This document shows, piece by piece, positions 49,574-62,166 of a stretch of 64,000 bases of DNA. The notes beneath the pieces were generated by a model. That model had not been told where the DNA came from. It was given only the letters and a program-made list of their open reading frames with translations, and did no database searches. A program made the translations under genes and the position numbers. The stretch comes from Haliotis rufescens. Taxonomy: Eukaryota. Location of the stretch: assembly GCF_023055435.1 (NCBI RefSeq), contig NW_025964001.1, positions 10,788,001 to 10,852,000 of the forward strand, written 5' to 3'. How positions within the stretch are numbered: position 1 is the stretch's first letter; each line of letters opens with the position of its first letter.

Positions 49574-50506
49574 TTACACCGCTTGACACAAAGCAACGCA
49601 ATCGGCTAGAGTTTGAAAGTTGTTTGCGTTAGCCCGGCAACCGCCATAGTAGAAGTTCTCACACAGCCCCGTGCTGGTGTTGTAGAAGTAGCGCAGGATG
49701 AGGGCTTCACATGGACCGACCACCTTAGGTAGATGGCAGGAAGCTGTAACAAGAATGGTGGATGTATCTGTAATTTGGCAACCTCGTCTCAGAAATATTT
49801 TTTGTTGGAATACGTTGTTATTTCATGGCTTTCACTCATTTGACTTGTCAAAGAAGTTAAAAAGAGTGAAGACTTCGTTTAGCCAGAAACTGGGGTAAGT
49901 TTAGTTGTTGGGCTTTTATCGTCTTTGAACTATTTCATGTGATGAGAGGCGCTGGTGTATGCAGCCTTGTGGTCATATAGTTCATGTAAAAATGTACAGA
50001 AACATGGGTCTGAATGCTTGAGTGTGACAAAGTAGACACGATTTATGGATAACAACTTCTTTAATTACTGTAAAGGAGACGTTTCGGTATAGATCCTTAC
50101 ACCGTTGTCAAGCAATATTTTGTCGTTTGTCATCTTCTAAGTAATGACTATCAAACAATGCATGCATGTGAGTGAATCGCTGCAAAACAACTTTGTCAAT
50201 ACGCATGCGCATTCGTAAGAATTATCAATTAGGACCTAATGTTTAGAGATTTTACTGGCGCGATTTAGAGCACTAAACAACTTAGAGTATGATATATTTA
50301 AGAGTATAACTCAATTCAGACTACTATTTGAAGCACCATGAGCAATGTGCAGTTTAAAGCACCACACAACGGAGAGCATGGAGCAGTTAAAAACGTCATA
50401 CAACTTGAAGCGTGGTATACTTTAAAGCTCCCCACGACTTGGAGCATGATGCCGTATAAAGCAACGTACAGCGTTAGAGCATGGTTTGATTTAAAGCTCC
50501 TAAAAG

Positions 50507-50592
<86 letters not shown>

Positions 50593-50636
50593 AGAAGAAG
50601 CGCCACATACCACTGCTGCCTGCTGAGAGAGCTCCG

Positions 50637-50672
<36 letters not shown>

Positions 50673-51040
50673 AGAAGAAGCGCCACATACCACGGCTGCC
50701 TGCTGAGAGAGCTCCGCGCGCACGCACACACACACACGCACACACACACACACCAGAAGAAGCGCCACATACCACTGCTGCCTGCTGAGAGAGCTCCGCC
50801 CACACACACGCACACACACACACACACACACACACGCCAGAAGACGCGACACATACCACTGCTGCCTGCTGAGAGAGCTCCGCCCACCCCCCACCCACCC
50901 CCCCCCCCCACCCCCCCACCCCCCCACCCCCACCCCCTCCACACACACACACACACACACCAGGAGACACGACACATACCCCTGCTGCCTGCTGAGAGAG
51001 CTCCGCCCACACACACGAGAAGAAGCACTGCGTGAAGCAT
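49574..51040 (-). CDS. Secreted single-domain BPTI/Kunitz protein, P1 Glu (76 aa)
   Basis: Exons 51040-50980 ([21 protein letters not shown]|GTATGT; preceded by a TTTTCAG acceptor at 51053) and 49743-49574 ([56 protein letters not shown]). AATAAA at 49543-49538. Confidence 0.87.
50510..50980. repeat. Compound (CA)n / exon-derived tandem repeat
   Basis: Units CCAGAAGAAGCGCCACATACCACTGCTGCCTGCTGAGAGAGCTCCGCC separated by (CA)n tracts. Confidence 0.92.
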
Positions 51041-51152
51041 TACGGGGTGATCCTGAAAAGTGAGATTGAAAGTGTCTTAGTACTGTGGTGTTGAACAGGA
51101 GAAATGACACTGGGTATGTTATGAAAGATCGGTCTTTTTGTGACAAGATATA

Positions 51153-52646
51153 TACTGAACAACAAAAGTTCCTGTGACATTGAATAAGATTTAATGCAAA
51201 GTTATGTTTTTTACCAAATCTGAAACAATTTCGGTTTGCTACAGATAAAAGACTCTTGTAAGTGTTCAAATGGTTTAATTTGCCATGCTAACTTCAGAAA
51301 ACGCGTGATTTCATATAAAAAAACAAACATGAACATGCAAAAATGTCAATTTACAAATCAATAGCGTGTGTGTCCACCTCTGGTATCGATGCAAGCAACA
51401 CATCTTCGTCTCATTGAAAGGACCAAAGTCCTGTGGGATATCTGTCCATATCTGCTGGAGCATGTTTCGAAGATCCTGGAGTGTCTGTGGAACACGTGGT
51501 TGACGTCGAAGGCGCCAATCCATCTCATCCCACATTGCTCGATTGGTGAGAGATCAGGGGAGCGAGCCGGCAAGGGGATGACATTCACGTTGTTTTGTTG
51601 AAGAGAATCCTGAACAAGTCGAGCAATATGAGGCCAGGCGTTGTCATGTTGAAACGTAATGCCTGGGCCATGACGACGCAAAAACGGTAGAACAACAGGG
51701 CCGATGATCTCGTCGCGGTAGCGCTGTCCATTGAGATTGACCCCTACCACTATCAAACGGGTCTTCTGTCTTGCTGTAATCCCACCACATACCATAACGC
51801 TGCCGCCCCCGAACCGATCTTCTTCCATGACACAATAATTGACGTAACGTTCACCTCGACGTCGGTACACTCGAATCCGTCCATCGCTGTGGCTGGGGTG
51901 AAAACGAGACTCGTCGGTGAACAGAACCTGTCCCCACTGCATGGCCGTCCAGCGTAGACGCTGTCTGCATCACTGAAGACGGTGGTTTCCTGTCAAAATG
52001 GGACGTCTGGCGGGTCTTCTGGCGACAATCCCTGCACATCTGAGGCGACGACGTACGGTTTGTGAAGATATTCGTCGAAGGCCAGAAATGCTACTTGCAG
52101 TCACTGTTGCTGGCTGGAATCGATTTCGTAGGTGTGTTGTTCGAATCCAGTTGTCTTGGCGATTATTGGTTACGCGTGGCCTGCCACCCCGAGGATGGTC
52201 TCTGACTGCATTCGTCTCTTGCCAACGTTGCCATAAACACCAAATGGTGTTTCTGTGGACGTTAAATTGTCTTGCAACACCACGTTGACTCGATCCTACT
52301 TCAAGTATATCAATGGCTCGCAGACGCTCATTTTCGGACAGGCGTGGCATTTCGTAAAGTTGAATAATTGCTTAATTTTGTTGTTTTTCTGAGTGGTTGT
52401 TGTCAGCACGATGCTAAACACTGCATATGGAATCTCGTTAACGCACATGCTTTTATACCCATTCTTGGGTAGTGAAATGCATTGGGCTTGCATAAAAGTC
52501 AACTTTTGCATGGAATGCACGCTTTTCTGTAGCAGCTGCGTTTTAGTGACTTGATTCCATACATGTACTACAATATTTAACCAAACTTTACTTGTTTGAA
52601 AACTACACTAAAATATTGGTGTGACGGAAACTTTTGTTGTTGAGTA
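51153..52646 (-). mobile_element. Full-length, inactivated Tc1 (DD34E) transposon
   Basis: TIRs TACT(G/C)AACAACAAAAGTT, TA TSD. Transposase 52350-51358 (MPRLSENER, FTDESRF, QHDNA, SPDLSPIE) has an in-frame stop at 51970 and 3' frameshifts. Confidence 0.92.
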
Positions 52647-54353
52647 TATGATATATACACATGTGCGAATGTCATCCGTGAGAGGGGTGGATACTCCAGA
52701 CACTGATTACAGAGTCAGTGGTGATTCCTTGGCTGACAAAAATCTGGTTTCCCTGCATAATGTGACACACAATACTCGTGGTGTGGGATGCTGATACCTT
52801 TCAGCGTTGTTGAACTGAGTATTGTTGGACTTCTCCATAAAGCCAATACACCTGTACCGACGGCTAGTGCCAGCTACATTATTGGTGTGATGGTAGTGCC
52901 AGACCTTCTGTTTGTCAGTTTACTACTCTTTTGTCCTGTTTCCAACAAAGAATGACACCAGTCCTTTTATATGCAGCACAAATCCGAATCAAAATGATAG
53001 TGCTTAATCAATGCCCATGTGTATGTAATTTTCCTTACGTGCAATTGGCTTGGTATTGATAATCAAACGATATTCGCATATGCTCACATATAGTAGACAC
53101 GTAACTGAATCGTTTTAAATATCATGACCACCATATTTCGAGAATTATTTACATTATTCTGGCATGTTGCGTGTTAAGTGCTTCCACTTGCCTTCAGAAT
53201 AGCTGTATCCGCGCCCGTGTTTGCCATACCTCTAACAGATCTTTAAACTTATCTTTAAGTTTGAAGTGACCCATTTATATGTCTATACTGCCTAAATCCA
53301 GCTTCCCGCGGGGAATGTAGGTGAGAATAGGTCCCCAGCGCCCTTGCGTTCAGGGTCGGTGACTTGGTTGATTGCGTTTCATCGTACCCCCGACGTCGTG
53401 TGACGTTCTTCATAGTATCAATCACAGGATTCCGGTCGGAATTCAATTATTTACAGGCTGGCCATACATAAAACTGGAATACTGCTGACTGGCAGTAAAT
53501 ACCAAACAATCTAGCTAACTAAAGCATTGTGTTACAGTTATGAACGTATCGTCAAATGACACAATGAAATTAACGAAAACAAATTAAATCCTCATTTGCA
53601 CCTGATGTTAAACTTACCTGCCTGTATAGTAACAGTTGAAGTAATTAAGCCTAGATAACGAGTAGGTGGGTGGCAGGTCTGAGAACACAACTCCTGGTAG
53701 CTGATAGCAGAGTAAAGTCAAGTATTTGCTTCTATTAGTTGGTTCTTCCAATCTCATCTGAGGAAATTAATAGGCTCAAGTTTAATACACAAAGTTATAT
53801 TCCATGTATCTCTGTGTTAACACGTGTTTCGAAATTAGTATTACTGCACTTTCGACTAATGATAATGTCATTTAGACTAAACTTCGGGGCAAAGAAGTAT
53901 ACTCTTGAAAATTGGATTTGACCTAACAAATGTAATGAAAACGTTACTAGGCTGAAACTGTCGCCGAAACACTGCAAACGTAAGGTTAGAAACACAACTA
54001 TGATACCCGTTAAAATACATCAATATCGAATAACTATTTCTTGTTGGTTTCATCTGTAGCCGCCACATCTCACATTATACTTTTTTGCCCGACAGTTTAT
54101 CTGAAAAAAGCATACATCGAGGCCAGTGTACACTGCAAGCATTGACAGGCAGGCCAACATATTCTTGTTGCTTGGATCAAAGATTCGTCTGGTAAAATTC
54201 TTTTAAATAGTTAAACAGAAATCTTGGAAATGTTGATATTTCCGAAGGCTTTATAAATCGTTCTGTTTAACCTCGGGAATCAGGCGATCAGCCATCCGTA
54301 ACAATGAATAGACAAGTTCATGCTATGCCCCTGCCCTCACGCAACCGTCGACA

Positions 54354-54572
54354 NNNNNNNNNNNNNNNNNNNNNNNNNNNNNNNNNNNNNNNNNNNNNNN
54401 NNNNNNNNNNNNNNNNNNNNNNNNNNNNNNNNNNNNNNNNNNNNNNNNNNNNNNNNNNNNNNNNNNNNNNNNNNNNNNNNNNNNNNNNNNNNNNNNNNNN
54501 NNNNNNNNNNNNNNNNNNNNNNNNNNNNNNNNNNNNNNNNNNNNNNNNNNNNNNNNNNNNNNNNNNNNNNNN
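54354..54572. other. Assembly gap
   Basis: Run of N. Confidence 1.
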
Positions 54573-55374
54573 TAAAAATATTTATAACATTCTGAGAACA
54601 ATTTCAGACATCAATTATATTAATAACAATAGCTGGAGACTGCAAGTCTAGCACTCCCGTTAGATGTCAACTGTCTGATGTTGAAGTGCACGGAGAGCCA
54701 CAGCCCAGGTGCCGTCATTGTTGTGGACAACTGAACTATTGGTCCTGCTCACTTGTAACCTTAATTACTCGGAGACGAGATGGTAGTGTGACTTTCTCTG
54801 ACCTTATAAGTGCAACGTGTGAAACTATGGCACTGTCTCTGTATATAGGATAAGCTTGAACCAAGTTTATTAACTCTAAGATCGTTCCACACCATAAGAA
54901 TTTAGTTGAATTAACAAAGAGTGTTTTGATTGAAACTTGCTATGACTGTCATTTAGCGGGGGCCTGGTGCCCCTTTGCTGTCAAAGTGTAGTATTAGAAG
55001 GTATTTTGTACCTTAATATAAAACACAAAAGACACATATCCATAAACTTGTTTATTTGAACAATATTTACTATGTAACAATGATGATATTCCATTGAATG
55101 AGACATGTTACACTGTTTTAACTTGACTGCAAGTTGCTACACAATCTTGCAATATTTTAAAGTTGTTGGCATTTCCGGCACAACCTCCATAATAAAACTT
55201 GGAGCACTTGCCGGAACTGACGTCATAGAAGTACCGGGGAAACGACCCATCGCAGGGACCATAATCCATTGGCAAATGGCAAACTAGAAAATTAGAAACC
55301 TGTTTTTTTAAAAATTAAAAAAGAGCCACGAAGCTCGGTAGCTTACTTGCATTTTTTCTGGAACATGAGGTGAA

Positions 55375-55679
55375 ATTCTTACGTCGCGTTCAAGATCATT
55401 ACACTTATATAGCTACGAGCACGCATGTGTGTACATGCGTGCGTAGCTGCTTTTGCTAGTCCGGACGAATGCCAGTTTTGTGGCCCTAGCCCACAGAGAT
55501 ACCATGCAGCAGTTTAACATGGATACCCCATTCAGACACAGTATACTGACTCCGAGCCGACCAGTCCTTGGTTTAGCCCCTTAATGTCAAGCGCCAGACA
55601 GGGTAACAACAAGTACCATCTTTTAACGTCTATTGGTATGACAGGCAGACGCTCTATCCACTAGACAACAGAGGCGGTC
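55375..55679 (-). mobile_element. SINE family D
   Basis: Match with a head deletion. Confidence 0.82.
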
Positions 55680-57394
55680 TTCTGCAAGCAAATGTCATAA
55701 TAAATGGGTAACAAGAATATCCAAAAATGAATAACAGCATTTATATTTTAGGATAGGTGATAGCAGGGTAAAACTTTAACTACTTAAAAATTATACTTTT
55801 ACACATGAAACACAATTGCATAACCACATTATTCTCCGCACAAGCGTTTTATGTTCCATGACATATTTGCTGATAAAGAGTTAATACCATCAATCTGGCA
55901 GGAGCTGAAGCTGCATCCGAGCACGAGCAGATACAGACACAACAGAGTCTTCATGCTTCCGCCTGTCAACTGAAGACGTAGGAAACAGTTTCAGATTCTT
56001 CAGCAGACACATGTTTATTGTTGTTTAACGACACAGTCATAGACTGACTTTTTTTCCTGAAAGCTGACAAATAACATAAGTATGAATTAATTCTGTTGCA
56101 ATTTTCTTGAGGTTGGCCATTTTTTCGACCAAAATGACCAGACTATCAGCAATATTCCAGCTGTATATATCACGGCAACTGGTATATGATCGAGTGCTGG
56201 ACTGACAAACTAGTGGGTGATATTCTGGACAACGTCACGCGCCATCGGGGCACGTAGTCAATTTAGTCACCGAGTGTGACCACCCGACCTATTTCAGTCA
56301 ACTTTTACTAGCATAGGTTACTGGGAATGAGCCTCGATTTGATGTTTAGGCTTGGTTGTAGTTACCGTATACCATTAAATGGAATGAAACGTCAACAGTT
56401 TATTGTTCACTGACAGTGATGGATATGATTCGAGTGCCGTTTGTAATGAAACCCGAACAAGACCTGGCTACATTTTGAACAGAACAAGTGTCGCTTTCAA
56501 AGTTTTCGAGCCTTAATGCAGTCAACTACCATTTCCGGTTCAATACAATATTCAAATGAATATTAACAGCTTTATGTAAAATTTAGAAGTGGTGTGGTTT
56601 TTTTTTATTAGAATTAGGCAATTTTGCTTGCACTTATACTGATAATGCTACCTTTTCAAATAGGTACACGGGCCTTATGAATATTCATGTCCCCTTTACC
56701 CGAGGGCAGAGGCTACAACTGACAAATAAGATAAAACGAAGTCAGAAGGTCGTTTATTCATCTGCTGTTGATCTCTGCTGCCCCTACCCGACTACGGAAC
56801 CAATATATCTGATTTTCAGAGGCCAAGTGGCCCCTTTGGTGTTATATTTACAACTCTTGGTGAATATTTTGGACATAAACGCGAAAGTCGCCATGCACCA
56901 AACGTTTGTTTGCAGTCTCAAGAAAAGGAAGTTTCTTTAGTTCTACACGTGATAAGATAGTCAAATAAATACGACTATATACATCTGCATAATGTAATCT
57001 TGACAAAAATGCTTGACAAAAAAAAAAAAAAGTCAACTGACGTGGAAAAAAATATGTTTTGTGGCCTTTTTAGTAAACAATGCTGCGATTATAATAAACT
57101 TATTGAAGTATTCACGTGTCCCGATTTAGACTTATTTCACTTAGAAATCAATATTTAAAAGAAGGACGTGCTCAACAGCCAGTTGTTACCTGTTTATACT
57201 GACGGCGAGAAATGGCGACCCAGATAACTGGTTCTAGATTACTCCGAAAGTGTCAGGCCACAGTTAGAAATTTATCGTGTCTAGTTATACCAAAATAGAA
57301 CCCATCTCACTCACACCAATACAAGCTTCTGCCTCATCCAAGAGTCCCATCCTCCATACAGTTGGATCAAAAGTTGCATGCACATGCACCGTGA

Positions 57395-57659
57395 GACCCG
57401 TGAAGATCCGGGGTAGAATAGGTCTTCAGTAACCCATGCTTGCCGTAAAAGGAGGCTATGCTTGTCGTAAGAGGCGACTAACGGGATCGGGTGGTCAGGC
57501 TCGCTGACTTGGTTGATGCATGTCATCGTATCCCATTTGCATGGATCGATGCTCGTGATGTCAATCATTGGTTGTCTGGTCCAGACTCGATTATTTACAG
57601 ACCGCCGTCATACAACTGGAATATTGCTGAGTGCGGCGTTAAACAATAAACCAACCAAC
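57395..57659 (+). mobile_element. SINE family A
   Basis: Match; TSD ACATGCACCGTG. Confidence 0.87.
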
Positions 57660-57992
57660 ATGCACCGTGTTTGCACCTGCGGTATTCTGTCCCCTGGGGT
57701 ACATTTCCCAGAGGCAAAGGGCACACGTGATGTTGCGTTTACACGATTCATGAAGTTGGTGGTGTATTTAATCCAGGCCTATTCTATTTCACAATGGGCA
57801 CAGATGAATGTCGTTTCAGAATATAACCAAGACACACGTTGCTGGAAACTGTTATTCCAGTGCGATGTCACTACTTTGAGAGCGCAGCTGATAGGGAAGA
57901 AGAGACCAGACTAGATGACGTTGGGTTGTGAGCGTCTAACACATGTGGGATGACGGAGATAACTTCAAAGGAGAGAACTCGAGATTTTCAGG

Positions 57993-58157
57993 AGTGAGTG
58001 AGTGAGTTTGATTTTACGCCGCTTTTAGCAATTTTCCAGCAATATCACGGCGGGGGACACCAGAAATGGGCTTCACACATTGTACCCATGTCGGGAATCG
58101 AACCCGGGTCTTCGGCGTGACGAGCGAAGGCTTTAACCACTAGGCTACCCGACCTCA
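57993..58157 (-). mobile_element. SINE family B
   Basis: Match to consensus. Confidence 0.87.
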
Positions 58158-58273
58158 CCGGGAGTGTGAGGAACTTGACCCACAGCCACATAAAGAATCG
58201 CGGGGTTTAGGCAGCATTGAACAGAGTCGTAGTATACTGCTTGTATATAACTGGCATCGTACTGTTAAAAAGG

Positions 58274-58512
58274 GTGTGAGTTGGGTTTAACACTGCTTTG
58301 AACAGTATTCCAGTTATATCACAGCGTGTCAGCTTAATGTAGGAGGAAAGGGAAAAGTGATGCAGGTCGCAGACGTTTAACACTTCGGTGAAACCCACGA
58401 GCACGAGTAAGGTGCTGACAAACCTAGAAACATAATCGGGACGAACCGGGATTCGAACAATTATAGGTTTCCGGCGTGCCAAGGGACGCAACTCTTTGAC
58501 GATTGGGTGCCC
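58274..58512 (-). mobile_element. SINE family C
   Basis: Match with a deletion. Confidence 0.8.
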
Positions 58513-58694
58513 CCGTACCGTTAAAGATCTTAAAGAAATAAATTCAAACAAATGGAAGTTTCCAAACTCTGCTTCGGTGATACATGCGACACACATTACA
58601 ATGCTTGCTTAACATTCAGAATACTCATGCATACTTTGATATGCCTACATTACTGAGTGAGTTAAAGATGAGTTCGATTGATTTTTTTGTAAAT

Positions 58695-58900
58695 TGTTTA
58701 ACGCCGCACTCAGTAATATTCCAGTTACATGACGGCAGCCTGTAAATCCAGTGATTGACATAGTAGGCATCGATCTACGCAGTTGGGATACAATGACATG
58801 CATCAACCAAGTCAGCCAATCTGACCACGTTAGTCGCCTCTTACGACGCGTAGTCGCCTATTACGGCAAGCATGGGTTTCTGAAGACCTATTTTACCCGG
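58695..58900 (-). mobile_element. SINE family A
   Basis: Diverged match. Confidence 0.78.
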
Positions 58901-59207
58901 GTATGATGGGTTTAACGGTACTTTTAGCAGTATTTCAGTTCGATCATGGAATGTCAGCTTGAGGTTGGCAGAAAAAAGTGCTGCAGGTTACCAATTGAAA
59001 TCAACAAGTTCAGAGTGAACACTCCTAAGATGACACGTTAGTTACACGCCCAGTGGTACGCTACTGGTGACTGACAGCAGGTTTGGTTGTTTCAAGGGAA
59101 GGAGAAGATATAGGGACAAAATAGCTGTGGACATCTAACAAGATGAAAACGAGTTGAGCATGTTGAAGGAAGCTGATGTTCTTGTTGATCAAGCATGTGA
59201 ATTACAA

Positions 59208-59660
59208 GGTGAGGTGAGGTGAAATGGGGTTTAACGTCGCGTCCAAGGTTATTGTACTGATACAGATTATTGCACTTATACAGCGACGTGGTGCACGTGT
59301 GCGTGTGTGGCTACTTGTACTAGTCCGGACTAATGCCGATTTTATGGTACTAGCCCATGAGATACCATGCTGCAGTTTAACATGAATACCCCACTCAGAC
59401 ACAGTATACTGACTCCGGGCCGAAAAGTTCTTGTTTCATCCCCTTAATGCCGGGAGCCAGGCAGGTTAACGACAAGCATAGGTTTTTTACGTCTTTTGGC
59501 GAGCCGGTCACTCCTAATTTTTTTGCTCCTTAATGCCGAGCACCCGACAGGGTAACAACAAATACCAACTTTTAACGTCTTTTGGTATGACGCGGCCGGG
59601 GATCGAACACAGACCTTCGGCTCTCCGGGTGGACGCTCTACCACTAGGCCACGGTGGCGG
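59208..59660 (-). mobile_element. SINE family D with internal duplication
   Basis: The CCTTAATGCCG...ACGTCTTTTGG segment is present twice. Confidence 0.82.
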
Positions 59661-60259
59661 TAAGTGAATTACAAGGCTAACGACAGCGGATCGGCACACG
59701 ATTCAGTATCTCAGGGTGAGAAGCTACTGATGAAAATTTAACCCAGGCCATATAATGGAGACAGTCCATTGACTATTGAAGGGGATGTTTTACCCTAGGG
59801 GTAACAGAATTGCTTCACCTCGTGGTATGGGGCAAACTGCAAACCAGGTGGTAGGTTTATACCGAGGAGTAAATTCCTTTACGTGACGAAATTTACCCTC
59901 GTGAGTATATTAGCCCCATGGGGTAAGGTTACCCTTGAGGGTAAATATACACCTAGAAATTAATTAAACACCCCCTAGTTTTGCGACCATACCTGTTCAT
60001 TTACGTCAAGCCCGAGCTGTGGTGGGGAAATAAATGTCTTGTGTAAGATGAGACTTTTGACTAATGAAAACACAGGGAATGATGCAAATGTTCAATATTT
60101 TAATTGCCTTAATAACACGGTTGCGATAGTACTGTAATTGAGCAAAATTGATATCAACGAAACCTATGGATCTGGGAAGTTCCATGATCAGTTATAAACG
60201 ACCATTACTGTCAAAAAAGGTTCATTGTTATCTTACACAGATAATCACAATCCTGAAAA

Positions 60260-61560
60260 TCCGTAGCTAGGTTAACCGCCTCGTGCCTGGATGACAGATT
60301 CTACCCTCTCCTCCTCTCATACGATCAAGAGGTAACTGCTGTCACTCCCGATGCAATTCAGCCTCTAAAGCTGCCACATTCGGTACTCGTGGATCCACTG
60401 CCTGCAGCTGACGCCCAAGAATGCCCCAATGGATTCAAATCTGGACTCCTAGCGGGCCAGGGCAAAGCGTCAATGGCTCGTGCTTGAAGAAAAGCAGTCA
60501 CAGAACAAGAACGATGGTGGCTTGCGCTGTGGTCCATAACACAGGTCGAGTGGCAAGTGCATGGACGTCAAAATGTGGCACAACAACAGGATTAAGGATG
60601 TCCTGGATGTAACGATCGCTGTTGAGATTGCCTCGCACTGTTACCATGTCCAGTTTACAGTCATGAGATATTGCTCCCCACACCATGGCGAAGCCTCCAC
60701 CGTTGTTTTTACGGTGGTCCTAGGGGTATACGCAATATTTCTGTGTCTTTATTCCCACATTCGCCAATCTGTGACGTGCAGAAAGAATCTGTTTTCATCA
60801 ATGGATCCATCGCCACGTCATCAGAATCCAATGACGTCGCGCCATTCACCAAGCCAATCGAAGTCTCTGATTAAGAGCAGTTAACAAAGGACGTCCGATG
60901 TCTCTTCGTGACTTCAACCTACATGATTTTAGCCGGTTTTGGACAGGTGTTGGGAAGTCTTTGTTCTTTCAGAGCTTCACTGGTAGCAAAGGGTCCCAAT
61001 AGATGCTGGAACCCTGTATTCCCGTACAGTTGTCTTTCAAGATGACCCTGGTCGTGGAGGGTCCATTACTTCAAGTGTCTGTCGGTGTTTTCTTTCGAGT
61101 TTGCTGATGACAGTATGGTCATAGCCAACTTGACGTCCAATGGCTCTGTATGATTTGGTTGGTTGGTTGGTTTGTTGTTTAACGCCGCACTCAGCAATAT
61201 TCCAGCTATATGACGGCGGTCTGTAAATAATCTAGTCTGAACCAGACAATCCAGTGATTAATATCATGAGCATCGATCCACGCAATTGGGATCGATGACA
61301 TGCATCAACCAAGTCAGCGAGCCTGACCACCTGATCCCGTTAGTCGCCTTTTACGACAAGCATAGTCACCTTTTACGGCAAGCATGGATTGCTGAAGACC
61401 TATTCTACCCCGGAATCTTCACGGGTCGGCTCTGTATGACATACCTGTGTCATGCATGCCAATAATTTGTCAACGCAGTGCCTCTGACGGCCTCATGCGT
61501 GCCATTGTAACATGTGTTGACTAAACAGTCGGCTAATTGTCACTTCATATACCCTTTATA
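60260..61560 (-). mobile_element. Highly decayed Tc1-like transposase remnant
   Basis: MVWGAISHDCKLDMVTVRGNLNSDRYIQDILNPVVVPHF and PDLNP-like motifs; interrupted by a SINE at 61156-61426. Ends are approximate. Confidence 0.75.
61156..61426 (-). mobile_element. SINE family A inserted in the Tc1 remnant
   Basis: Match; TSD GGCTCTGTATGA. Confidence 0.87.
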
Positions 61561-62000
61561 CTTGCATCAGTATTAAAGTGTTTGTCCTGAAAGTGGAGGG
61601 TGTCATATGTCTGCGTGTTTGGACGGCCAAGTCAGTTATTGTCGAGATTGACAGCCATTCTGTGGAACAGGAGGTTTAAGCAGGCAACATGTTACTTCAG
61701 CGCTCTTATGAGCACAAAGTTGGTGCTTCGGATTAATTAAATGCTCCGGATTCCAACCCGGATCAACAACACGAACTCCCGACAGTTTAACATCCCCATC
61801 TATCGTAGTCCTATTGGTAATTTGAATTTGCATTGCTTTGTCATACAAAAGAATGTAAGCAACATCCATTGGAAGCGCTCGTAAAATCTCAAAAGCGCAC
61901 CAGATAATCATTGTACATGTCAAAAATAGTATTACGGTGCTTTCTCTCCCTGACATGTAAACATTGACTCGTGTGATCAAACTGTCAAACTCCTCCAAAG

Positions 62001-62166
62001 GAGTGAGTGAGTGAGTGGTTTTACATCGCTTTTAGCAATATTCCATCAATATCACAGCAGGGGACACCAGAAATGGGCTTCACACATTGTACCCATATGG
62101 GCATCAAACTCAGGTCTTCGGCGTGACGAGCGAACGCTTTAACCACTAGGCTACCCGACCACCCCT
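62001..62166 (-). mobile_element. SINE family B
   Basis: Match; TSD CTCCTCCAAAGGA. Confidence 0.87.

Noticed and set aside
50316-51269. 317-aa and other CV-rich ORFs as stand-alone genes
   Set aside because: Microsatellite translations; only the frame from ATG 51040 has gene context.
52670-52940. - strand frame containing GKPDFCQ, reminiscent of a Kunitz N-terminus
   Set aside because: Stops in frame, no FxYGGC motif or correct Cys spacing.
55205-55240. CCGGAA plus TGACGTCA (ETS/CRE-like) motif cluster
   Set aside because: No associated gene or TSS could be identified; such short motifs arise by chance and in repeats.
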